NCBI GenBank assembly: GCA_037444005.1
Contig: JBBING010000006.1
Span: 1-62,807 of the forward strand
Length of the DNA: 62,807 nt
Origin: Chloroflexota bacterium
GTDB taxonomy: Bacteria > Chloroflexota > Dehalococcoidia > DSTF01 > JACRBR01
Direction: 5' to 3'
The position numbers were made by a program, and so were the translations under genes. Every line of letters begins with the position of its first letter. Position 1 is the stretch's first letter. Positions 55,746 to 62,807 of this stretch are shown piece after piece. The notes beneath the pieces are model-generated. The model worked only from the letters and a program-made list of their open reading frames with translations, made no database searches and was not told where the DNA came from.

Positions 55746-55954
55746 GATGGGCCGCCCAGTGTCCGGGGCCTCTCCCGCTCGGATGATGGGAGCGCCCGGA
55801 TCGCGATGGCGCGACCATCCGACCAGAGTGGCCGCGCTCAGCCCGAGGAACGGCGACGCGTTGGGTAACCGGGGTTCTGAGGCATCGCCTCCCCTTGGGT
55901 AACCATCACTTTTGAGGCACTACGCCGCCGCGCGCTCGACGACACCGTGAACGT

Positions 55955-55979
55955 GGCTGCGCAGCCGCTTTGCTATACT
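55955..55979 (+). promoter_or_regulatory. 12-bp palindrome GGCTGCGCAGCC followed 7 nt later by -10-like TATACT, upstream of argF
   Basis: Read directly. TATACT (55974-55979) lies 25 nt upstream of the argF GTG (AAGGAG at 55992-55997). Confidence 0.25.
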
Positions 55980-56004
55980 TCGGCCGGATTCAAGGAGTGC
56001 CCCC

Positions 56005-56928
56005 GTGCGCGGCCGCGACCTCCTCTCCATCGGGGACCTGAGCCCCGATGAGCTTCGCCTGATCCTCGACACGGCGCTGCGGCTGAAGCGCGACCGACGG
56101 GGCGCGCTCCTGGCTGGACGCACCCTCGCGCTCATCTTCGAGAAGCCGTCGCTGCGCACCCGCGTCAGCTTCGAAGTCGCCATGCGGCAGCTCGGAGGCG
56201 ACTCCCTGTACCTGTCGCAGGCGGAAGTCGGCCTGGGCCAACGCGAGCCCGTCGCCGACGTCGCCCGGGTGTTGAGCCGGTACGTCGATGTCATCGCCGC
56301 GCGCACGTATGCGCACGAGACCGTGGTCGAGCTCGCTCGCCACGCCACCGTCCCCGTCATCAACGCGCTGTCCGACCAGGAACATCCCTGTCAGGCGCTC
56401 GCCGACCTGCTCACCATCTACGAGAAGAAGGGCGACCTGCGCGGCGTCCGGCTCGCGTACGTCGGCGATGGATTCAACGTCGCCACGTCGCTGGCGATGG
56501 CCGCGGCCATGGCGGGCATGAGCATGGCGATCGCGTCTCCGAAGGGATACGAAATCGCCGAGCCGGCCATGCGGCACATCAGGTCGCTCGCCGCCGCCAC
56601 TGGAGCGCGGATCGATACGACGGACGACCCGCGGCAGGCCGTGGACGGCGCCGACGTCGTCTACACCGACGTGTGGACGAGCATGGGACAGGAAGACAGC
56701 TATCTGGAACGCAAAGAAGCCTTCGCCGGCTTCACGGTCAACGCGGAGCTCATGGCTCGCGCAAAGCCCGACGCCATCTTCATGCACGACCTGCCCGCCC
56801 ACCGCAACGAAGAAGTGACGGACGACGTCATCGAAGGTCCGCAATCGGTCGTCTTCGACCAAGCGGAGAACCGCCTCCACGCACAGAAGGCCGTTCTGGC
56901 GCTGACGCTGGCGGACGAGGCGCCGTAG
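56005..56928 (+). CDS. argF: ornithine carbamoyltransferase
   Basis: 307 aa. 'FEKPSLRTRVSFE', 'HPCQALADL', 'DVWTSMG' and 'FMHDLPA'. Confidence 0.9.
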   Translation: MRGRDLLSIGDLSPDELRLILDTALRLKRDRRGALLAGRTLALIFEKPSLRTRVSFEVAMRQLGGDSLYLSQAEVGLGQREPVADVARVLSRYVDVIAARTYAHETVVELARHATVPVINALSDQEHPCQALADLLTIYEKKGDLRGVRLAYVGDGFNVATSLAMAAAMAGMSMAIASPKGYEIAEPAMRHIRSLAAATGARIDTTDDPRQAVDGADVVYTDVWTSMGQEDSYLERKEAFAGFTVNAELMARAKPDAIFMHDLPAHRNEEVTDDVIEGPQSVVFDQAENRLHAQKAVLALTLADEAP

Positions 56929-56957
56929 CGTTCACTCCCGGAGGTCGCGGATCGCCC

Positions 56958-57743
56958 ATGCCGGAGTTTTTCGACGCCATCCGCGACGACTTCGACCGCT
57001 TCAACGCCACAGCCGCGGTCGACGTGCTCCTGGTCGCCGCCGCGCTCTACTGGCTGCTGCTGCTCCTCCGCGGCACCACGGCGATGACGCTGCTCCGGGG
57101 CGGCGCCATCCTGCTGCTCGTCACCGTCGTGCTCGCGCGCGCCTTCGACCTCCAGGTCCTGAACTTCATCGTCCGCAATTCCGTGGCCGGAATCCTCATC
57201 GCGGTCGTCGTCATCTTCCAGCCCGAGATCCGGCGCGCGCTCGAGCGGGTCGGCCGGACGGGCCTCGCGCTGGGACGGCACGTCTATTCCGAGACCATCG
57301 ACGCCGTCGCGAAAGCCGCGTTCGATCTCTCCCGCCGACGGCACGGAGCGCTCATCGTCCTCGAGCGCGACACCGGGCTTCAGGACTACATGGACACCGG
57401 CGTGACCGTCGACGCCGCCATTACACCCGAGCTCCTGGAGGGCATCTTCTTTCCGAATTCGCCCCTGCACGACGGAGCGGCGATCATTCGGGGCGACCGC
57501 ATCGCCGCGGCGGCCTGCACCCTGCCGCTCTCGGAGAACCGCCTGCCGGAGGAGCTGGGCACCCGCCATCGCGCGGCTGTCGGCGTGACCGAGCGAACCG
57601 ACGCCATCTCCGTCGTCGTGTCCGAGGAGACCGGGCGGGTGTCCATCGCCGCCGACGGCAAGCTGGTGTACCGCGCCCGCGACGAGAACGACCTGCGCGA
57701 CGAGCTGCTGCGTCTGCTCGGTTCGAGGAACGGCGTACGATGA
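56958..57743 (+). CDS. cdaA: diadenylate cyclase CdaA (membrane-bound DAC domain)
   Basis: ATG 56958 within ORF 56673..57743. Three N-terminal TM segments. 'HGALIVLER', 'SPLHDGAAIIRGDRIAAAAC', 'GTRHRAAVGVTE' and 'VVSEETGRVSIA'. Confidence 0.9.
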   Translation: MPEFFDAIRDDFDRFNATAAVDVLLVAAALYWLLLLLRGTTAMTLLRGGAILLLVTVVLARAFDLQVLNFIVRNSVAGILIAVVVIFQPEIRRALERVGRTGLALGRHVYSETIDAVAKAAFDLSRRRHGALIVLERDTGLQDYMDTGVTVDAAITPELLEGIFFPNSPLHDGAAIIRGDRIAAAACTLPLSENRLPEELGTRHRAAVGVTERTDAISVVVSEETGRVSIAADGKLVYRARDENDLRDELLRLLGSRNGVR

Positions 57744-59032
57744 CGACGAGATCGCCCCGCGAGCCGATGTCGGGCTGGCGTCAGGCCGCGCAGATCCTCC
57801 GCTACCTGACCGTCGGCGCCGCACAGTCCATCCTCCGGAACTGGACCCTCGCGGGCCTCGCGCTGATCCTGTCGCTGAGCCTCTGGGTCTTCGTGAGCGA
57901 GGCCGAAAACCCGACGCGCACCGATTTCTTCCCCGGCGTCATCCCCATCGAGATCGTGAACGTACCCCCCAATCTCGCGGTGGCCTCCGTGTCCGAAACG
58001 CTGGTCTCGGTCCGCATCTCGGCGCCCGAGAACGTGTTCGACCGGCTCTCGGTCGACGACTTCCACGCGCGCGTCGACCTGTCGTCCGCCACCGCCCGTG
58101 AGGTACGCGTGCCCGTCATCGTGACCACCGACAACCGCCGCGTCGAGATCATCGAGCCGTCGCCGCGGGAAGTCACGGTCACCCTCGAGCCCGTGACGAG
58201 CCGGACGGTCCCGGTGGACGTCGACCTCGTGGGGGCACCGCCCGTCGGCTTCGAGGTGGGCGATGTCGCGCCCGCGCTCACGGAGGTGCGCGCGAGCGGT
58301 CCGGAGACGCTCATCAACCAGTTGCGTTCGGCCTGCGCCGAGGTCAATCTAGCGACGGGCGTCAAGGTGTCGTTCACGCAGACCGTCATTCTCAAAGGGA
58401 AGAACCTGCGCTGCGGCGACATCCAGGGGCTCACCTTCGAGCCCGGCGACGTCACGGTTGACGTCGAGCTGCGCCAGGTCATCTTCTCGTCGGGGTTCGT
58501 CGTGGCGCCGGTCGTGCGGGGGACACCGGCGGAAGGCTTCCGCATCGCGTCCGTCTCGGCCGATCCCGCCATCGTCAGGATCAGCGGGCCCGTGGACGTG
58601 CTGCAGAGCATCAACGCTATCGCCGGCATCCCCACCGAAGACGTGAGCGTCGACGGGGCGACGGCCGGCGTCATTACCCAGCGTGTGGGGCTCCGTGTGC
58701 CACCGGGAGCGCAGGTGCAGGGCGCCTCGCAGGTCACCGTCCGCGTGACCATCGCGGCCATCACCGGCGAGCGTCCGTTCGAGGTCGTGCCTGAGGTGAG
58801 GAACGCGCGCGCCGGGCTGCGCAGCACTCTGGCGACGCCTGTGGTGCGTCTGGTGCTACAGGGCGAAGTGAACACCTTGAACGCCCTGTCGCCCGCGGAC
58901 ATCCCTGTCTTCGTCGACGCCGCCGGGCTCGATGCGGGACTCCATCTGCTGGAGGTGCGCGTCCAGCCTCCCGCGGGCACATCCATCATCAGCATCGATC
59001 CTCCGCTCATCGGGGTAGCGCTGTCGCCATGA
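57740..59032 (+). CDS. cdaR: YbbR-domain protein (CdaR-type regulator of CdaA)
   Basis: 430 aa. N-terminal TM 'LAGLALILSLSLWVFV' followed by four repeated beta-rich YbbR-like modules ('VPVDVDLVG..P.GFEVG.V...P..V.V.GP'). ATGA overlap with the cdaA stop. Confidence 0.8.
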   Translation: MTTRSPREPMSGWRQAAQILRYLTVGAAQSILRNWTLAGLALILSLSLWVFVSEAENPTRTDFFPGVIPIEIVNVPPNLAVASVSETLVSVRISAPENVFDRLSVDDFHARVDLSSATAREVRVPVIVTTDNRRVEIIEPSPREVTVTLEPVTSRTVPVDVDLVGAPPVGFEVGDVAPALTEVRASGPETLINQLRSACAEVNLATGVKVSFTQTVILKGKNLRCGDIQGLTFEPGDVTVDVELRQVIFSSGFVVAPVVRGTPAEGFRIASVSADPAIVRISGPVDVLQSINAIAGIPTEDVSVDGATAGVITQRVGLRVPPGAQVQGASQVTVRVTIAAITGERPFEVVPEVRNARAGLRSTLATPVVRLVLQGEVNTLNALSPADIPVFVDAAGLDAGLHLLEVRVQPPAGTSIISIDPPLIGVALSP

Positions 59033-60435
59033 GCGCGACGTCAGGGGTGAAGCGGCGCCGTTCCTCCGCCGGCAAAGCCGCGGAGGCCATCGACCTGAGC
59101 CTGCCGGTCGTGGCCATCGTTGGCCGGCCGAACGTGGGGAAGTCGGCGCTGTTCAATCGCATCGCCGGCGGCCGCATCGCCCTGGTCGAGGACATCCCCG
59201 GTACCACGCGCGACCGCGTGTACGCGCAGACCGAGTGGCGGGGCCGGGCGTTCCGCCTCGTCGACACGGGCGGCCTCGAGGCCGAAGGGCGCTTCTCGGA
59301 CCTGGTGCGCCGGCAGGTGGAAGCCGCCATCGCCGAGGCGAGCGTCATCCTGTTCGTCGTCGACGCCAAAGAAGGCCTTACCGCGGCCGACCTCGAAGTG
59401 GCCGAGCTCCTCCGGCGCACGGACCGCCCCGTGCTCCTGCTCGCCAACAAGGTGGAGAACGTCGAGCGGGAGCAGAGCGCGGTGCAGTTTTACGAGCTCG
59501 GCCTCGGCGAGCCCATCCCCGTTTCCGCGCACCACGGCCGGGGCGTCGCCGACGTGCTCGACATCGTCGTCAGCATCCTGCCGCCGCCGGCGGGCGAGCG
59601 ACCCCCCGAAGCGACGGAGGCGCTGCGCATCGCCATCGTCGGGCGCCCGAACGTCGGCAAATCGATGCTCGTGAACGCCATCCTCGGCGAGGAGCGGGTG
59701 ATCGTGAGCGAAATTCCTGGAACGACGCGGGACGCCGTGGACACGCCGCTCTTGTTCGAAGGCAAGCCGGTGATCCTGATCGACACCGCCGGACTGCGCC
59801 GGCCCGGCAAGCAGGGCAAGGGCATCGAGCGGCACGCAGCGCTCCGCTCCCGGCGGGCCATCGAGCGAGCGGATGTCGCGTTCGTCGTCTTCGACCTCAC
59901 CGAGGGGATCACCGCCCAGGACGCCCATATCGTCGGGTACGTCCTCGAGGCGGCGAAAGGCCTTCTCCTCGTCGGCAACAAATGGGACCTGGTGCGCGGC
60001 ATCGAAGGATTCACCCGCGAGCGCATCGCGGAAGCGGTTCGCGCCCGCCTCCGGTTCGTGCCGTGGGCGTCCCTCGCCATCGTGTCCGCCCTCGAGAGAA
60101 CCGGCGTGCATGAGCTGCTGACGGAGGCGTGGCGCATCCGCGAGGAACGCAAACGCCGCGTCGACACGGGGCCGCTCAACCAGGCGATCCGGCGCGCCAT
60201 CGCGGAGCGCCCGCCTCCCTCGGTGCGAGGCAAGCGCGCGAAGGTGTTGTACGTGACGCAGCCCGAAGTGGATCCGCCGACCTTCGTGTTTTTCGTAAAC
60301 GACCCCGCGGCCATCCACTTCAGTTACCGGCGCTTTCTCGAACACACCATCAGGCGCGCCTTCGGATTCGACGGGACGGCTATCCGTCTCGTGTTTCGCG
60401 GACGTGAGGAGTCTTCGAGGACGAAGGAGTTGTAA
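59029..60435 (+). CDS. der: ribosome biogenesis GTPase Der (EngA)
   Basis: 468 aa with two GTPase domains ('IVGRPNVGKSALFN', 'IVGRPNVGKSMLVN', 'DTGG/DTAG', 'NKVE/NKWD') and a KH-like C-terminus. ATGA overlap with the cdaR stop. Confidence 0.95.
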   Translation: MSATSGVKRRRSSAGKAAEAIDLSLPVVAIVGRPNVGKSALFNRIAGGRIALVEDIPGTTRDRVYAQTEWRGRAFRLVDTGGLEAEGRFSDLVRRQVEAAIAEASVILFVVDAKEGLTAADLEVAELLRRTDRPVLLLANKVENVEREQSAVQFYELGLGEPIPVSAHHGRGVADVLDIVVSILPPPAGERPPEATEALRIAIVGRPNVGKSMLVNAILGEERVIVSEIPGTTRDAVDTPLLFEGKPVILIDTAGLRRPGKQGKGIERHAALRSRRAIERADVAFVVFDLTEGITAQDAHIVGYVLEAAKGLLLVGNKWDLVRGIEGFTRERIAEAVRARLRFVPWASLAIVSALERTGVHELLTEAWRIREERKRRVDTGPLNQAIRRAIAERPPPSVRGKRAKVLYVTQPEVDPPTFVFFVNDPAAIHFSYRRFLEHTIRRAFGFDGTAIRLVFRGREESSRTKEL

Positions 60436-60437
60436 CC

Positions 60438-61103
60438 ATGTGGCAGCTTCCCACGCTCGCGGCCATCGGCTATCTCATCGGCGCCATTCCGAACGGCGTC
60501 ATCGTCGGTCGGCTCGTGCTCGGCGAAGACATCCGGGAGTACGGCAGCGGCAAGATGGGCGCGACGAACGTCATCCGCACTGCGGGCGCCCGATGGGGTC
60601 TGCTGGTGATGGCGCTCGACGCCATCAAAGGCGGCGTGCCGGTGCTCCTAGCCCGCTGGCTGACCGACGACCCGTGGGGGATGGCCGTCGCCGGCGGCGC
60701 CGTGCTCGTCGGCCACGTGTGGCCTGTCTACGTGGGTTTCCGGGGAGGGCGTGGCGTCGCCTCCTACGCCGGAGCTGTGCTGGCGATGCACCCGGCTGCG
60801 GCCGCCCCGTTGATCCCCGTCGGCGCCGCCATCCTCGGCGCGACGCGGATCATGTCCGTGATGTCCATCAGTATCGCGTTCATCGCCGGCGCGCTCTTCG
60901 TCGCCCTCGCGGCCACAGGCCTGGCGTCGTGGGCCCATGCGGCCTTCGCCGCGGGAGGAGGCGCCGCCATCATCGTCCTGCATAAGGACAACACCGCGCG
61001 GCTGCTCGCGGGCACCGAGCCGAAGCTCGGACAGGGCGGCGAACGCCGGGCGCCCGGCAGGCCCGCCGAAGCGCCGAACCCTTCCGTGGCGGACCCACGC
61101 TGA
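60438..61103 (+). CDS. plsY: glycerol-3-phosphate acyltransferase PlsY
   Basis: 221 aa. 'IGYLIGAIPNGVIVG', 'GSGKMGATNVIRTAG' and 'GHVWPVYVGFRGGRGVA'. Confidence 0.95.
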   Translation: MWQLPTLAAIGYLIGAIPNGVIVGRLVLGEDIREYGSGKMGATNVIRTAGARWGLLVMALDAIKGGVPVLLARWLTDDPWGMAVAGGAVLVGHVWPVYVGFRGGRGVASYAGAVLAMHPAAAAPLIPVGAAILGATRIMSVMSISIAFIAGALFVALAATGLASWAHAAFAAGGGAAIIVLHKDNTARLLAGTEPKLGQGGERRAPGRPAEAPNPSVADPR

Positions 61104-61109
61104 TCCCCC

Positions 61110-62123
61110 ATGCCTGAACGCTTGCGCGCCGCCGTCATCGGAACCACGGGCTGGGGCGTCACGCTGGCCCTGCTGCTCGCCCGGAACGGACACGAGGTGC
61201 GCCTCCTCGCCCGCACCCGCGAGGAGGCCGACGCCCTCAGACACTCCGGACGCAGCCCGCGCCTCCCCGACCATCCCTTCCCTCCGGGTTTGGCGCCGAC
61301 GGCCGATCCCGTTGAGGCCTTCGACGGCGCAAACCTCGTGACGCTCGCCGTGCCCGCGCAGACAGTGCGGTCGAACCTGGTCCCGCTCGCCCGCGCGCTT
61401 CCGCGGGACGCCGTCTTCGTGAGCGCGACCAAGGGCATCGAGCGCAACACCGCTCTGCGCATCTCGGAGGTGGTGCGGGAAGCCGTCCCTTCGATGGCGC
61501 CCGAGCGGTACTGCGCCCTCTCCGGCCCCAACTTGAAGGACGAAGTGGCGGCGGGGCTTCCCTGCGCCGCCGTCATCGCCTCCTCCAGCGACAAAGCGGC
61601 GCGCTTCGCCCAGCGCGCCTTCAGCAGTCCCTCGTTCCGCGCGTACACCTCGCGCGACGTCGTCGGCGTCGAGCTCGCAGGGGCGCTCAAGAACGTCATC
61701 GCGCTGGGGGCGGGCATCGCCGACGGCTTGCGTCAGGGCGACAACGCGAAGGCCGCGTTCGTGACCCGCGGACTGGCCGAAATCACGCGCCTCGGCGTGG
61801 CCTGCGGCGCCGACCCCCTCACATTCCTGGGCCTCGCCGGTATGGGCGACCTGGTGGCGACCTGCTACAGCCGCCTGTCGCGTAACCGGCGCGTGGGCGA
61901 GGCGCTCGCCCAGGGCCGCGCGCTCGGCGATGTGCTCGCCGACCTGCACGAGGTCGCGGAAGGCGTCGAAACGACCGTCGGCGCCTGGACGCTGGCCCGC
62001 CGTCACGGCGTCGACATGCCCATCACGGAGGCGATGCACCGCTTCTTGCACGAGGGCCTGCCGCTGATGGACGCCGTCCGCTGGCTGCTGGAGCGCGAGG
62101 CCCGCGAGGAAGTGCGCTGGTAA
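61110..62123 (+). CDS. gpsA: NAD(P)H-dependent glycerol-3-phosphate dehydrogenase
   Basis: 337 aa. 'AAVIGTTGWGVTLA', 'GPNLKDEVA', 'KNVIALGAGI' and 'LAGMGDLVATC'. Confidence 0.95.
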   Translation: MPERLRAAVIGTTGWGVTLALLLARNGHEVRLLARTREEADALRHSGRSPRLPDHPFPPGLAPTADPVEAFDGANLVTLAVPAQTVRSNLVPLARALPRDAVFVSATKGIERNTALRISEVVREAVPSMAPERYCALSGPNLKDEVAAGLPCAAVIASSSDKAARFAQRAFSSPSFRAYTSRDVVGVELAGALKNVIALGAGIADGLRQGDNAKAAFVTRGLAEITRLGVACGADPLTFLGLAGMGDLVATCYSRLSRNRRVGEALAQGRALGDVLADLHEVAEGVETTVGAWTLARRHGVDMPITEAMHRFLHEGLPLMDAVRWLLEREAREEVRW

Positions 62124-62199
62124 GCGGCGGCTCGCCTCTTGCCCCCGCCCCGGATTCGCGTACACTTGGCCCTGCGCCACCGGAAGGGAGACTTGCGCC

Positions 62200-62807
62200 G
62201 TGGTCGAAGACCTCGCGACTCGCAGCTACTGGCTCAGCCTCGATCCGTACGAGCCCAACCCTCCACTGGAGGGGGACGTCCGCGCCGACGTCGCCATCGT
62301 CGGCGGCGGCTTCACGGGCCTGTGGACCGCGTATCACCTCTTGAAGGCCGACCCGGGGATGACCGTCGTCATCCTCGAGGCCAACGCCGTCGGTTACGGC
62401 GCGTCAGGGCGCAACGGCGGCTTCGCCATGACCCTCATCCACCGCAGCCTCGCCGACCTCGTCGACGCTGTCGGAGCCGAGCAGGCGAAGGCGCTCCATC
62501 GCGCCGCCGAGGAGTCGGTCCGCAGCATCGAACGCGTGTGCGCGGAAGAAGGTATCGAGGCCGATCTGCAGCCGAACGGCCTCATCACCGTCTCCAATAG
62601 CCCGCTCCAGGACGACATCATCCGCCGCGACGTCGAAACGGCGCAGCGCCTCGGCATCGAAGGCATTGCGTATCTGGACCGCGATGCCGTGCAGGCGGCC
62701 GTGCATTCGGAGACGTTCTGGTGCGGCATGCGCGAGACGGCGTGCACGCTGCTGAACCCGGCGCGGCTCGCGCGCGGGCTGAAGCGCGCAGTCGAGCGGC
62801 TCGGCGC
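62200..62807 (+). CDS. FAD-dependent oxidoreductase (DAO family), 5' part only, runs off the window
   Basis: Not in the ORF track because it has no stop in the window. GTG 62200 follows GGAAGGGAG (62182-62190). My translation reads 'VVEDLATRSYWL...DVAIVGGGFTGLWTAYHL...ANAVGYGASGRNGG'. Confidence 0.75.
   Translation, partial: MVEDLATRSYWLSLDPYEPNPPLEGDVRADVAIVGGGFTGLWTAYHLLKADPGMTVVILEANAVGYGASGRNGGFAMTLIHRSLADLVDAVGAEQAKALHRAAEESVRSIERVCAEEGIEADLQPNGLITVSNSPLQDDIIRRDVETAQRLGIEGIAYLDRDAVQAAVHSETFWCGMRETACTLLNPARLARGLKRAVERLG

Noticed and set aside
62139-62600. A 153-aa ORF in the ORF track at the right edge of the window.
   Set aside because: It is Arg-rich junk in the wrong frame. The real gene is the open-ended frame starting at GTG 62200, with a clear FAD-binding 'VAIVGGGFTG' motif.
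1-62807. Searched by eye for rRNA/tRNA genes, CRISPR repeats, IS or transposase genes, integrases, phage modules, toxin-antitoxin pairs, reverse transcriptases and classical restriction-modification or defence genes.
   Set aside because: None was recognised. The only accessory-looking DNA is the two small compositional islets (32270-33215 and 49989-50850), which lack mobility genes.

Overview
This is a 62.8-kb, visibly very GC-rich and densely coding chromosomal segment. I call about 59 protein genes on both strands, many joined by 1-7 nt start/stop overlaps. I recognised no rRNA, tRNA, CRISPR array, transposase, integrase or phage genes. Most of the content is housekeeping. It includes lysine biosynthesis by the aminotransferase route (dapL, dapF), a purine block (guaA-purD-purE-cupin-purB), and central carbon genes (pgk, rpiB, archaeal-type apgM, tpiA). 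It also includes miaA, tsaC, pcm, argF, the c-di-AMP module cdaA-cdaR fused to der-plsY-gpsA, and competence genes comEA-comEC. Accessory content includes a TetR-controlled MacAB/YknXYZ-like ABC efflux set, a P-type ATPase, PhoD, GT-C glycosyltransferases and a Kv-type K+ channel. The gene repertoire (DapL route, ApgM, CdaA/CdaR, der-plsY-gpsA, Thr/Pro linkers, apparently leaderless genes) suggests a high-GC Terrabacteria lineage such as Chloroflexota/Thermomicrobia, but I cannot verify this without a search. The items most worth following up are listed here. (1) An orphan protein with an ERCC4/XPF-type nuclease signature and an unknown N-terminal domain sits behind tsaC (39096-39938). (2) A block of envelope-associated orphans lies between the radical-SAM gene and comEC (about 49990-52898). 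It comprises a compositionally atypical orphan, a sortase-type protein made almost entirely of a (Thr-X)34 repeat, a Dabb-like protein, and a membrane-anchored staphylococcal-nuclease homologue facing comEC-comEA. (3) An efflux adaptor carries a coiled-coil hairpin of about 325 aa (24586-26505). (4) comEA appears to have its N-terminus split by a 1-nt frameshift. (5) A normally linked radical-SAM/DUF2344 pair is split about 46 kb apart. All family assignments come from motif recognition by eye, and no database search was run.
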